Below, piece by piece: positions 38,566 through 48,060 of a DNA stretch of 64,000 nt. Made by a program: the position numbers and the translations under genes. The notes under the pieces are model-generated. The model was not told the DNA's origin. It worked only from the letters and a program-made list of their open reading frames with translations, and made no database searches. Positions within the stretch are counted from its first letter, which is position 1, and every line of letters starts with the position of its first letter. The DNA lies in the IMG/VR virus record IMGVR_UViG_3300028920_000022, positions 372,001-436,000 of that record; one strand, 5' to 3'.

Positions 38566-39011
38566 TAGTCAAACTAGGAATGGGACCAACCTCTATATTG
38601 CTTGATCAGTATCCGGAACAGCTAGTGGTTTCCATCTGTATCCGAGCCGACTGGGAACGTGAAGAAAAGGTCGGAGATGCTACGGACTGTGGAGAAGAGG
38701 GCATCTGGTATCGAGATCCTGACTTCTCCGAGGCGGGCAGTACAATCATTAAGCTAAAGCCTTTCCTGACAGAAGACGATCAGCATTTCTACGACATACA
38801 ACTTCCGTCCTTGGCTAAGCTGCATACTCTTAGCCAACACCGTTTTTTGGTCAAGTACTGGGATATGGACGTGTACCTTCCGGCGCTTAGGACTGCGAGG
38901 TTTTCAGTAGTAGAAGGTGTTGATGAAGATAACCAATCTTTTTGGGAACTTAGAGAGATCGGTATAACACTGACGGGATTTTCTTTGCAAACGAAGAACG
39001 CTGCGGAGTAA
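38562..39011 (+). CDS. Hypothetical protein
   Basis: ATGA-coupled ORF. Confidence 0.55.
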   Translation: MIVKLGMGPTSILLDQYPEQLVVSICIRADWEREEKVGDATDCGEEGIWYRDPDFSEAGSTIIKLKPFLTEDDQHFYDIQLPSLAKLHTLSQHRFLVKYWDMDVYLPALRTARFSVVEGVDEDNQSFWELREIGITLTGFSLQTKNAAE

Positions 39012-39123
39012 AATTGACTCAAACACTTTTGATCTGTCTTTTCTGTGGGTTGCACAACTACTGTGTGGATAACCCAGGATGTACAATAGTTGGCGAAACT
39101 GACGAATTAAGCGAGGACGAATA

Positions 39124-39801
39124 ATGACTAAAATAGAACTAGCTCAAACTATAGAACATACCATATTGAAAGCTGGCGCTACAGAAAGAGAAGTGCGCAA
39201 GGTTCTCAATGAGGTAGAAGAGTTTGGTTTTTGGGGCGCCTGTGTAAACCCTATTTATGTAAAATTAGCTAGAAAAGTACTATCAGAACATTTTCATGTT
39301 ATTACTGTGGTGAATTTCCCACTCGGAGCGTCTACTCTTTTTTCAGTTTGTGAGGATATGGCAAAAGCCTTTGATCATGGGGCTGACGAAATAGATATTG
39401 TAGCGCCACTTAATTTAGCTAAAGAACATAAATGGGATGCGCTTGGTGGATTTTTTGATTTAATACGAGATAAATTTATATTATCTAATAACTTAAAAGT
39501 TATTTTAGAAACAGGATTATTCACTCACAACGAACTATATGATTTAGTGGATGCTGTTTCTCCCATAGGTTTTTTAAAAACTTCTACAGGTTTTGGTCCA
39601 AGAGGAGCGTCGGTCACTGACATACAGTTTTTGTCAAATGTACTGAAAAGAAGAGAAAACTACACAAATACTAAAATTAAAGCATCTGGTGGTATAAAGA
39701 ACACCGAACAAGCCATTTCAATGATAGAAGCCGGAGCTTCTAGAATTGGAACATCTAGCGGAGTAGAGATTATTCGAGGTTTAGATGACAAAAATACTTA
39801 A
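39124..39801 (+). CDS. deoC: Deoxyribose-phosphate aldolase
   Basis: IEHTILK, VVNFPLG, GADEIDIV, KVILETG, FLKTSTGF, IKASGGI, RIGTS. Confidence 0.93.
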   Translation: MTKIELAQTIEHTILKAGATEREVRKVLNEVEEFGFWGACVNPIYVKLARKVLSEHFHVITVVNFPLGASTLFSVCEDMAKAFDHGADEIDIVAPLNLAKEHKWDALGGFFDLIRDKFILSNNLKVILETGLFTHNELYDLVDAVSPIGFLKTSTGFGPRGASVTDIQFLSNVLKRRENYTNTKIKASGGIKNTEQAISMIEAGASRIGTSSGVEIIRGLDDKNT

Positions 39802-40015
39802 AAACATGGCGCAATGCAAACTGTGTGGTGATATAATAGAATCTACACATGTGTACGATTTTAAGTTTTGCAAATGTGGCGCTATTTTTGTAGATGGTGG
39901 TAAAGAATATTTGCGTCGAGGTGGTAAAGATTTGAACTTAATTATAGAATTGAGCGTTAAAGAAGGTGAAAACAATATCATAACCGTAGGAGAACACAAA
40001 TGTCTGATTCAGTAG
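39785..40015 (+). CDS. Small Zn-finger phage protein
   Basis: CKLCGDIIES.H.DF..CKCG..VDGG..YLRR. Confidence 0.65.
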   Translation: MTKILKNMAQCKLCGDIIESTHVYDFKFCKCGAIFVDGGKEYLRRGGKDLNLIIELSVKEGENNIITVGEHKCLIQ

Positions 40016-40672
40016 TAATAGAAATTAGAGCTGCCGAAGGTGGCAAAGATGCACAACTTCTAGTAGAAGATCAGCTTAGGGCTTATACCAAAGCTGCGGA
40101 GCGGGAGTGTCTTTGACGCTACTCTGTTAGAACATAGACAGGCATTTGTTTCTGTATTATTTGAGGGAAAAGGGGCAAATAATTTATTCAAAAATGAGGC
40201 GGGAGGACATCGGTTTCAACGAGTCTCTCCCACCGAAAAACGAGGGCGTGTCCATACCTCTACCATTACCGTAGCAGTATTGGACGCCGATACCAAGCCT
40301 CAGTTCGAGCTTGACGAACGTGATGTAGAAATCATTACATCACGTGGCAGCGGACCGGGCGGTCAACACAGAAATATGACAGATAGCTGTGTTGTAGCTA
40401 AACACATACCAACTGGTATATCTGCTAAGATCGATTATAGATCTCAGTCACAAAGTAAACAGCTGGCGCTCAAAATTCTTGCCTCTCGTGTGGAGAATAT
40501 ACAGCAAGAACAATGGGCAAATGACCGAGATAAAAAGAGGAAACGACAGGTGGGTCGTGGACAACGTGGAGATAAGCGGAGAACGTATCGGGAACGGGAC
40601 GATCAAATTGTTGATCATGTAACCGGCAAGAAATGGAAGTTTAGTCGTTGGATGCGAGGGATTTGGTCCTAA
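40000..40672 (+). CDS. Class I peptide chain release factor lacking domain 1, expressed via +1 frameshift (about 223 aa)
   Basis: ORF1 40000-40116 (IEIRAAEGGKDA) ends CTT-TGA-C. The +1 frame from 40115 reads ...NEAGGHRFQRVSPTEKRGRVHTS...GSGPGGQH...RTY and joins the track ORF 40280-40672. Confidence 0.88.
40102..40117 (+). promoter_or_regulatory. prfB-type programmed +1 frameshift signal
   Basis: CGGGAG-TGT-CTT-TGA-C, compared with canonical AGGGGG-TAT-CTT-TGA-C. Confidence 0.88.
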
Positions 40673-41367
40673 ACCCCAGGTTGTCTAAGAAAGTTTAGCT
40701 TTCCTTCGTGGGAAACAATTTTTGCCAAATCTTTGTCCTGCAATATGTTGGATAAATCAACCATTTCCCATGTGCCACTATCATGAAGCCTTAAAGTACA
40801 TTTGGGATTGACTAACCTTAATACCTGACTGGCGTCCCGGTGTACATCGTTATGTGCAAAACCGGGAGATTGCCAACATTTTAACCCACGGGTAACGGCA
40901 TTGTATCTGGCTGTGGGATGAACCCAGCCATAGTTACAAGCTGTGTGGATGCCGTATTTTCCTTGCCCCAAACGGTTGCTGAGAACCCAGCTTTTTCCAA
41001 TAGTAGAAATTAGTTTTCCGGCACTATCTTTATCTAATTTTTTATCAATAGCAGCGCTGTAATCTTCAGAAGACGCTAATGCGGTTATTTTTCCGTTTAT
41101 TTGGGTTATTGGAGAAATACTAACCTCAGCATCAATAGAAATTAGATCCTCTATTTTTGGAGTGGTCATCATTAAACCAAGAGCATCAGCTAATTCTTGG
41201 GTTTCAATTGCTGTAACCATAAATCTGATCCCATCGATTTTGGCGGCATCAGAAAATACCTCAAAACATAACTCATCTCCATCTTCACCTACAGCCGTGA
41301 TTGACGAAAATGTGTATTTTATCTTGCCGTTATCCAGAGCGTTTTTGATATAGTCTCTCATTTTCAA
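40669..41367 (-). CDS. Hypothetical protein
   Basis: 232 aa with GKSWVL, NYGW, Q..G.AH...H.D.SQ motifs; may be a peptidoglycan-acting enzyme. Confidence 0.6.
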   Translation of the reverse strand: MKMRDYIKNALDNGKIKYTFSSITAVGEDGDELCFEVFSDAAKIDGIRFMVTAIETQELADALGLMMTTPKIEDLISIDAEVSISPITQINGKITALASSEDYSAAIDKKLDKDSAGKLISTIGKSWVLSNRLGQGKYGIHTACNYGWVHPTARYNAVTRGLKCWQSPGFAHNDVHRDASQVLRLVNPKCTLRLHDSGTWEMVDLSNILQDKDLAKIVSHEGKLNFLRQPGV

Positions 41368-42092
41368 TACCCCAATCTGTGCATGGAATCTACGATTTCT
41401 TCGATTTCTTTCATATCGATTCCAGCTGTATCTATTTTACCACGCTTTAAGTGGTAATGGTTAACCAATCCTGTGTATTTTTCTGGTTCACTTAACACTG
41501 TAGTTATATAATTACCGTTTTTATCTCTAGGAAATTTTGAAGGTATTTTGGGGAACAGTTCTGTATATCCCCAAATCAAAGCCTTCAGCGAATTCATTTG
41601 AGCTTTTGTAGGCAAAAATACCTTCAGTTTGGTGCCATGTATTGGGGCTGTTACTGTATCATGGTCTGGTACATCATATTTTTTGCGATTAGTTTTCGAG
41701 TATAAATTTGGGTGTGACCATTTCTGTGGCATGTAGGAAATTTCTACACCAGCACCTAAAGCATTAAATTTTCCACCTTGACTCCACCCACCGTGTTGTA
41801 TGGGCAAACACTGGTAAATTGTAGCATATCCGCTTTCATCTTTATCGTCATCGATCATGAAGTTGCAGGACAACCCTCGGGCAATTAGTCCGCTTTCCAT
41901 ATGTTTGGCACGATACGTTACAGACCAATGGACAGTAAACTGGGTCAATATATTAGATAGTTGATCAAAGCTTATGTCTCTTTTTGTATAACGATTATGT
42001 GGAAGGAAATTTATTCCTTCTTTTTCATCCCACAGGATTACACGGCAGCCAATATTGAAAGTTTTGTCGCAGGCAACTATACTAGTGTTCAT
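41364..42092 (-). CDS. N-acetylmuramoyl-L-alanine amidase (Amidase_2-like)
   Basis: VHW, LSCNFMID, GVEI, PT.AQ..SL, NHYH...KID. Confidence 0.75.
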   Translation of the reverse strand: MNTSIVACDKTFNIGCRVILWDEKEGINFLPHNRYTKRDISFDQLSNILTQFTVHWSVTYRAKHMESGLIARGLSCNFMIDDDKDESGYATIYQCLPIQHGGWSQGGKFNALGAGVEISYMPQKWSHPNLYSKTNRKKYDVPDHDTVTAPIHGTKLKVFLPTKAQMNSLKALIWGYTELFPKIPSKFPRDKNGNYITTVLSEPEKYTGLVNHYHLKRGKIDTAGIDMKEIEEIVDSMHRLGY

Positions 42093-42424
42093 TGCGCTTT
42101 CCTCATCACTATGGACTTAAATTCTGGCGGACCACCAATCACAACAACATCTTCAGCATTATACTGGCATGGAACTTTTTCAAACCATAAGTTATCAAAA
42201 ACTGTATCTGTACTTGGGCTTCCTATAATATATGAGTTGAATACACGTATCGTTATTGGGTTAATTTGTGAGTAAGGAAACGCAAAGTTAGCCTTAAAGA
42301 CATGTTTAAGTCTGCATATATCAAAACGAATAATATCGCTAAAGAACAGATTATTGTCTCTCCACAGATTTCTGGCGGTACCGACAATCACCCCTTCACA
42401 TTCAATTAGAATGTTTGTTGACAT
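42089..42424 (-). CDS. Hypothetical protein
   Basis: Coupled ORF. Confidence 0.5.
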   Translation of the reverse strand: MSTNILIECEGVIVGTARNLWRDNNLFFSDIIRFDICRLKHVFKANFAFPYSQINPITIRVFNSYIIGSPSTDTVFDNLWFEKVPCQYNAEDVVVIGGPPEFKSIVMRKAQ

Positions 42425-42690
42425 TATTGTATTATGTTTTTTATAACGTATTCGTCACAAGAATACAAATCACCAACACAAGAATATAAATCACCAACAT
42501 ATATAATGTTATTTTCTGTTTTTAAACTGCACGCGAAAAACCCACACTTTTTACATTGATATTGTATAGCAACCTCAAACACATTATTATCTATAACCTC
42601 AAAATCATGTGTGCTTAATTTTTCATTATTTATGGGATAATGATTCCACCGTCTTTTTATGATTTCGGAAATATTAATTTTGTGCATCAC
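42424..42690 (-). CDS. H-CxxC small protein with VIKNIIQ tail
   Basis: THDF...CKKC...CDEYVIKNIIQ*; internal 7-aa (21-bp) duplication VGDLYSC. Confidence 0.7.
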   Translation of the reverse strand: MMHKINISEIIKRRWNHYPINNEKLSTHDFEVIDNNVFEVAIQYQCKKCGFFACSLKTENNIIYVGDLYSCVGDLYSCDEYVIKNIIQ

Positions 42691-43511
42691 CAGCAGCCTT
42701 CAAATAGCGTAGATAACCAAGCCAAAATTCCACCAAAGAGTAGAATAACTGCTGCTGTGGATCCTTTATGTGATTTTGGGTCATCGTAGTAGTCTGATTC
42801 TTCGTCATTTTCCACCGTGCGGTCTGCGTTTACAAAGTATTCGTATATTGAATTTAACTGTAGTTCGGCTGCTTGTACTCTAACTTCCTTCAACTCTTCT
42901 TCAGTAAAGGTTTCTTCTGATTCTATTTCTACTGGCTTTGTTGGCTTCCAGGATAATAGTTTTTTGGCTTTTTTGTTAAATTCATTAGTTAGTCTTACTA
43001 CACCCTTTGTGTATAGAGACACCGAAGCAGTGTAATATCCGGCCAGGCTTAGCTCTTTTGAATATGCTTCTGGATTCCCCTTTATTACTTCTTGCCACGC
43101 TTTAGCGTAACGGCTTTTTTTAGATACAAAACGTATGTAATCTTCTGCTCCGTCAGTTGAGGTTTTGTACGCCCTAAAATGGGTTTGAATGTGGGGCGGA
43201 TCAAACATTACCTGCTTTTTATTTATAATTTCTCCACACCTGAACATTGTAAATAATTGTCCGTCATCAGTAATTTTATATTTAGGATTTGCATGACGCT
43301 TTTTTATATTACCAAAATTATAATTTCTAATTATTGACCATCTTCCTGTTTCCAATGCACTCTGAGCCCACAACAAAGCAAGGGATTTATTACTAGGATA
43401 AGACTTATATATACGTTTCCAGGCATTTCTGAGAGCAACAGCTGCCTCTCCTTCGCTGAGTTCTGTAATCTGTAACGGAATGTATTGTTTATCTTTGTAA
43501 TAATTAACCAT
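42687..43511 (-). CDS. FlgJ/GH73-like muramidase/glucosaminidase with C-terminal TM
   Basis: AQSALETG, NYNFGNIK, FRAY, AGYYTA. Confidence 0.85.
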   Translation of the reverse strand: MVNYYKDKQYIPLQITELSEGEAAVALRNAWKRIYKSYPSNKSLALLWAQSALETGRWSIIRNYNFGNIKKRHANPKYKITDDGQLFTMFRCGEIINKKQVMFDPPHIQTHFRAYKTSTDGAEDYIRFVSKKSRYAKAWQEVIKGNPEAYSKELSLAGYYTASVSLYTKGVVRLTNEFNKKAKKLLSWKPTKPVEIESEETFTEEELKEVRVQAAELQLNSIYEYFVNADRTVENDEESDYYDDPKSHKGSTAAVILLFGGILAWLSTLFEGCW

Positions 43512-43548
43512 TGTATTCTCCTTACTTTAGAAGAATACTGTACTATTG

Positions 43549-44004
43549 CTACACAATTATATCCTCAATAACCACATCATCGTCGGTGTACGAACAAGGA
43601 ATTGTCCACCACTCTAGTGCTTCATTTAGAACTGCATTTCCGCTGGGATGATAACAAGAACCACCAGCAATACTTTTCAAATATGGAACTACTATTTGCT
43701 CACCTTGGATGGCGCTAGCATGCAAATGTTTACCGGGGTTAGTTGAAGCCAATATTCTACATTTTTTGCATATACAACTATATTCTCCAAAATTCCATAT
43801 TGTTGTTGCACTAACCGACCTGCCTTTTACAATAATCTGTGCCAAATCGTGTTTTTCGTCAAACTCACCGTAACGCAAACTTGTTACACATCCTTTTGAA
43901 TCACGTGCATACCAACGAACCCCACACTTCACACAGAAATCATAAGTCATTCCGTTATAACTAAATTGATGCGGTTTCATTATTTTAGGAATTCGTAATC
44001 CCAA
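43549..44004 (-). CDS. Double H-CxxC protein with VIEDIIV tail
   Basis: Two H...CxxC units; ends C....DDVVIEDIIV*. Confidence 0.6.
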   Translation of the reverse strand: MGLRIPKIMKPHQFSYNGMTYDFCVKCGVRWYARDSKGCVTSLRYGEFDEKHDLAQIIVKGRSVSATTIWNFGEYSCICKKCRILASTNPGKHLHASAIQGEQIVVPYLKSIAGGSCYHPSGNAVLNEALEWWTIPCSYTDDDVVIEDIIV

Positions 44005-44639
44005 TTTTCCGTATCATCGTATAGTTTTTCGTATAATCCACGCAATTCCATTTTTATATTTCTTTCCGCTTTGTTATAATACTTTTCTTGAAAATACATC
44101 GTATAGAAAATTGGTCCTTTCAATATGCGCTCCAACAACGCCGCTCTTCCTAAAGCAAAATCCCGTGGCGATACATTGGTTCTGGAATACTCTTTGATAA
44201 TTCCTTTGCGGTACTGTTCATATTCCTCTTCCCCCGCCCCTAAAATTGACATATCTACATCGGCAACAATCTTTGCTTCTGCCCTTTCTGGCTCTAAATC
44301 GTGCTTTGTTGCAATAATGAATTCGGCAGTGTCGTTTATTAATTTCTGATCAGATTTTCCTGCCATCAAACACACTCTAGCGATTGCTGCACTTTTCTCT
44401 TCGTTTTCCGTACCAAGAGGATCCAAAATGATATCGTGGAACCAAATAGCCATCAGTGTGTTTTTTAAATCTAGTTTTTCCGCAATACCACTTAATTCCT
44501 GTCGGCATCGTAATATATGGTTTAGGTTGTGATAAGCTCTTCCTTCGTACATCAGTTCAATCGAACGCCATATACTTAAAACACAATTAACGTCAAGTCC
44601 CAGCGTATTCCAATCTTCTTTGAAAATATCCTCTTCCAT
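43980..44639 (-). CDS. HD-superfamily phosphohydrolase
   Basis: RAYHNLNH, WFHD, ENEEKSA, ATKH, DVDMSILG. Confidence 0.85.
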   Translation of the reverse strand: MEEDIFKEDWNTLGLDVNCVLSIWRSIELMYEGRAYHNLNHILRCRQELSGIAEKLDLKNTLMAIWFHDIILDPLGTENEEKSAAIARVCLMAGKSDQKLINDTAEFIIATKHDLEPERAEAKIVADVDMSILGAGEEEYEQYRKGIIKEYSRTNVSPRDFALGRAALLERILKGPIFYTMYFQEKYYNKAERNIKMELRGLYEKLYDDTENWDYEFLK

Positions 44640-45193
44640 TACAGCTCCAAATAACAGGTAATCAGACCCCAGTGCAATATTATGTTGTCCTCACCAAATC
44701 GTTTATTCAAATCATTAATAAGTTGGCTATATTTTTGTTTGGCTTCGTTTATTTCTTGCTGGATATCTTCTGGTGCCCAGTTTGTTGCCATCGAATTACG
44801 ATCTATAGAAAACGTCCTATACATTAGCGGCAAATAGTAAGCTACTTGTTCATCTTCTTCTTCGGGGAAATTGTCGCCGAAATGTAATGGTTCTATATGG
44901 TGTTTTTCGCATATATCATCTACTTTAATAGGTGGTAATAGTTTTGGGTCGGATTGTTCAATGTTAGCCTTAATTTTACCACCGCAACATGAACAAAACT
45001 TCTCTACCGGTTCACCATCTATGGAAAACCATTTAGGATAAAATTGGCGATTGCATTTGTTGCATTTATAGATAGTTATTGGCTCCGTTAATAGTTGTAA
45101 TTTGCCATAAACACACTCCAAATATGGACCAATATAAAACCCTGTAGTTGGAGCGTAATGTAAGTTTGACTTAATTGGTTGGCTTTTAAACAT
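44639..45193 (-). CDS. Zn-ribbon hypothetical protein
   Basis: CNKC...FCSCCG. Confidence 0.55.
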   Translation of the reverse strand: MFKSQPIKSNLHYAPTTGFYIGPYLECVYGKLQLLTEPITIYKCNKCNRQFYPKWFSIDGEPVEKFCSCCGGKIKANIEQSDPKLLPPIKVDDICEKHHIEPLHFGDNFPEEEDEQVAYYLPLMYRTFSIDRNSMATNWAPEDIQQEINEAKQKYSQLINDLNKRFGEDNIILHWGLITCYLEL

Positions 45194-45443
45194 CTGTTTC
45201 CTTTCTAGGATCGCGAAATGGTCTCAACCACTTATCATCTTCAGGATCGTTTGCTCCATGCCGGCACGAATGACAAAACCCCTCTTTTGCTACTATTCCA
45301 CCACACCCAGGACAGTTTAAATCCCTAGCCCTTCTCCTTGGATATGGAGACCACGCTTTTTCGGCTCTTAATTGGCGTAGCTCCTTGAGCCACTCAATCA
45401 ACTGCTCGTCTTTATAATGATCTATTGCTTCGTCTAATGTCAT
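45186..45443 (-). CDS. Small Zn-finger protein
   Basis: MTLDEAIDH..QLIEWLKEL; CPGC..CHSC. Confidence 0.55.
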   Translation of the reverse strand: MTLDEAIDHYKDEQLIEWLKELRQLRAEKAWSPYPRRRARDLNCPGCGGIVAKEGFCHSCRHGANDPEDDKWLRPFRDPRKETDV

Positions 45444-45847
45444 TTGTTTTCCAAATATTCCGGAGGAAACGTTCCCTTGACCGCCATCTTATATGCTTCA
45501 CTCTTATTCCTTGGAGGTTTTTTACCTCGCTTCCAGGGAATCGATACAACAAATAAATGATTTGGCCAAATCCTGCCAATGGGCTCGGCACTAACTAAAT
45601 TAGGCTCTCCGACCAGTATTTGATACCCACATCCCCAACCCCGCTCAGCAAACCCACAATCCGCACAAATCCTATACGGAGGAGTATGATTGTATCCGTA
45701 TGGGTCGTGTTTGTACTCTATTTCTGTAGTGTTCTTATGCTCACAGTTAAGCTGCATTTCAATGCGAGCTTCTTCAAGTGTCGCCGAAGCTACCTGAAGT
45801 GCTTGTTTTGCGCGATTGTACTTATTCCTCAGATTTAGCTTCTTCAT
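45440..45847 (-). CDS. Hypothetical protein
   Basis: CEH...ICADCG. Confidence 0.55.
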   Translation of the reverse strand: MKKLNLRNKYNRAKQALQVASATLEEARIEMQLNCEHKNTTEIEYKHDPYGYNHTPPYRICADCGFAERGWGCGYQILVGEPNLVSAEPIGRIWPNHLFVVSIPWKRGKKPPRNKSEAYKMAVKGTFPPEYLENK

Positions 45848-45873
45848 ATCAAGATTCGAAATTGTTTATGGTT

Positions 45874-46371
45874 TTAATACCAACTTTTTTCAGGAGTTTC
45901 CCAATCGAAAAATACCGTGTCGCAAATTAATGAAAAGATTCTATCCTGTGGAGGAAGGGTGTCGACTTCATATTTTACGTCTAATCGTGCACATTTATTT
46001 TCCAATCGTTTAATATCACGATTGAAAACGTTTAGCTTCGTTTGCGTTTTCTTTGCAACCGCCTTTAGAACTTCAGAACCGATGTGAACATCCGCATCTT
46101 CCTGATCCATATCCAACCTAGCAGTCATTCCATCATCCCAAACCAGATAAGTCGTTATATCGACACTAGTTTTAACGTTTACTTGACAAGATATTTTTTG
46201 CGGTTCAGATAAACGTAAACATTCCCGAATAAGCGGATATAACTCGGTTTTCGTTGGCGCCTTTAAATCTTCTTTTTCTAGTTTTTCTATTACTGCATCA
46301 TAAACAGCTCTAGGTCTCTGGTTTTTGTTTAGGTATTTGATTCCTTTGCCAAACGAAAAATCCATGCTCAT
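45874..46371 (-). CDS. Hypothetical protein
   Basis: Coupled to the AAA gene. Confidence 0.55.
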   Translation of the reverse strand: MSMDFSFGKGIKYLNKNQRPRAVYDAVIEKLEKEDLKAPTKTELYPLIRECLRLSEPQKISCQVNVKTSVDITTYLVWDDGMTARLDMDQEDADVHIGSEVLKAVAKKTQTKLNVFNRDIKRLENKCARLDVKYEVDTLPPQDRIFSLICDTVFFDWETPEKSWY

Positions 46372-47189
46372 TCCTCTCCCTCAATCTCATCACCCATGTT
46401 CTGTAACCGTACTATCGCTTCCCGATAGTCCGTATCAAAAAACGCCACAGATATGAATAACTCCTTCAAATGAGCTAAACTTAATCCCTCGGAATCTTTT
46501 GACCACACATCAATGGGAAGTTGACTAAAATCCTCAGATTGATTTATTAAATGCTGTAAATAAGCAAATCTCACCTTTTCACTAGGATACCCAATCTCTA
46601 CACACCGATCAAATCTGCTCGGTCTGTCCTTTATTCGCCCAGCTAATGCCCCAATGTTGTTCGTTGTAGCTAAAAACACTACCTTGTCATATCCACCAAT
46701 TCCATCCAACATGTTGAGAATGTCAGATTCGTCATAATACTCCAGCAAATGATCTATATCTTCCATCACTACTACTATGGGAGTCTCCGGTTGAACATTC
46801 CTAAATGACCCCATGTTGGCGGTAAAAACATTATAATTTTTGCAAAGAACCCCTATTCCTCCAGCCGCCACTACATCATTTAATATCATCTTGATCGCAC
46901 AGCTTTTGCCAGTCCCGTGCGGTCCATAAAATAAAATCCCCCGCCTAAATGTAAAATTGTTTCGCCTGAATAATTCTTCTTTTTTCCAAAATGACGATAT
47001 TTCTTTTACTATTTCATCGATTATTGAATCTTCAAATTTAACTAAATCTGTGTTTTCTTCAATTTTAGATAGATAAGCCTCTCCCATCCCGTTGGCAGAC
47101 GGTAAGTATATCCCAGATGGCAGATTCTCAAATTTAGTGTGCTCTTGCCTGGGAAAAAAATCTATGTTGTTCTTGGTCTGCCAGTGCAT
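46368..47189 (-). CDS. AAA+ ATPase
   Basis: GPHGTGKS, VVMEDID, ATTN, RPSRFD. Confidence 0.9.
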   Translation of the reverse strand: MHWQTKNNIDFFPRQEHTKFENLPSGIYLPSANGMGEAYLSKIEENTDLVKFEDSIIDEIVKEISSFWKKEELFRRNNFTFRRGILFYGPHGTGKSCAIKMILNDVVAAGGIGVLCKNYNVFTANMGSFRNVQPETPIVVVMEDIDHLLEYYDESDILNMLDGIGGYDKVVFLATTNNIGALAGRIKDRPSRFDRCVEIGYPSEKVRFAYLQHLINQSEDFSQLPIDVWSKDSEGLSLAHLKELFISVAFFDTDYREAIVRLQNMGDEIEGEE

Positions 47190-47355
47190 CCTAGTCCCAG
47201 CCGAAACGCAATCCTACCACCCACTTCGCCTTAAAGTCAAGCACAAATTAATACTCTTTTTCTTAGCTTCCATTTCCATAATACATTAGATGTGTCAACC
47301 GTTTTTATATGGGATGTGTCAATCGTTCCTATTACTTTCCCATTAACTATAATGT

Positions 47356-48060
47356 CTACTTTGTCGGAGATTTCCATGTTCTGCAACTCCAATTTTCCGG
47401 AACTATAAATTCAGGATCCTGCTCCGCTATCTTCTTTACAAAATTGTCCACATGCCGACATCGACGAATTGCTTTCTTGCCTACCCAATATTTGCCGTTC
47501 CGCCGTGGTGAACATTTTCCCCTGCCATAAGAATCTATCCATACCGCAGGAGGTCCCCCACAATCCCTCTTGTATTTCTCCAATAAAGCATAAGCAAATG
47601 CTACATTCGTTGCTGGATCCCTTAGTTTCTTTAATGTTAAGCCCGCCCAAGGTCTCCCAATCTGTGGATCCATCTCTTCCCATGTTTTAACCCAGCTAGG
47701 AGCCATTCTACTAATCTGCATCGGTCCAATGCTCTGCCCTACACTTTTGGGTTTTAAACTTATATTACAGGGTCCTGGACGGGTACATGATAAATATCCT
47801 CCCACTACCCTCGGATCCCCGTCCCTCCCATGCCGACGATACCTCGATTCCTCAAATGACATCGCCGCCAATATCGTCGGATCTATGTACTCGTTTACTA
47901 ATTTCCCACGAGATCCAGTCTCACTGAAATATTCCCCCAACGCTTGAACATCTTCTCGGTGTTGGATATGAATCTTTTTCTGAGAATGTTCAATTGTGGG
48001 AGCTTCTTTGTACAATAAAGAAAACATGCATAAAATTAATAGTTTAGTGTAGGTTATCAT
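47356..48060 (-). CDS. Lytic transglycosylase (SLT-like) with signal peptide
   Basis: FEESRY, IGPMQI, L.DPATNV, Y motifs. Confidence 0.7.
   Translation of the reverse strand: MITYTKLLILCMFSLLYKEAPTIEHSQKKIHIQHREDVQALGEYFSETGSRGKLVNEYIDPTILAAMSFEESRYRRHGRDGDPRVVGGYLSCTRPGPCNISLKPKSVGQSIGPMQISRMAPSWVKTWEEMDPQIGRPWAGLTLKKLRDPATNVAFAYALLEKYKRDCGGPPAVWIDSYGRGKCSPRRNGKYWVGKKAIRRCRHVDNFVKKIAEQDPEFIVPENWSCRTWKSPTK

Noticed and set aside
40000-40280. Release factor as a pseudogene or sequencing frameshift
   Set aside because: The break falls exactly on SD-3nt-CTT-TGA-C and both halves keep intact motifs.
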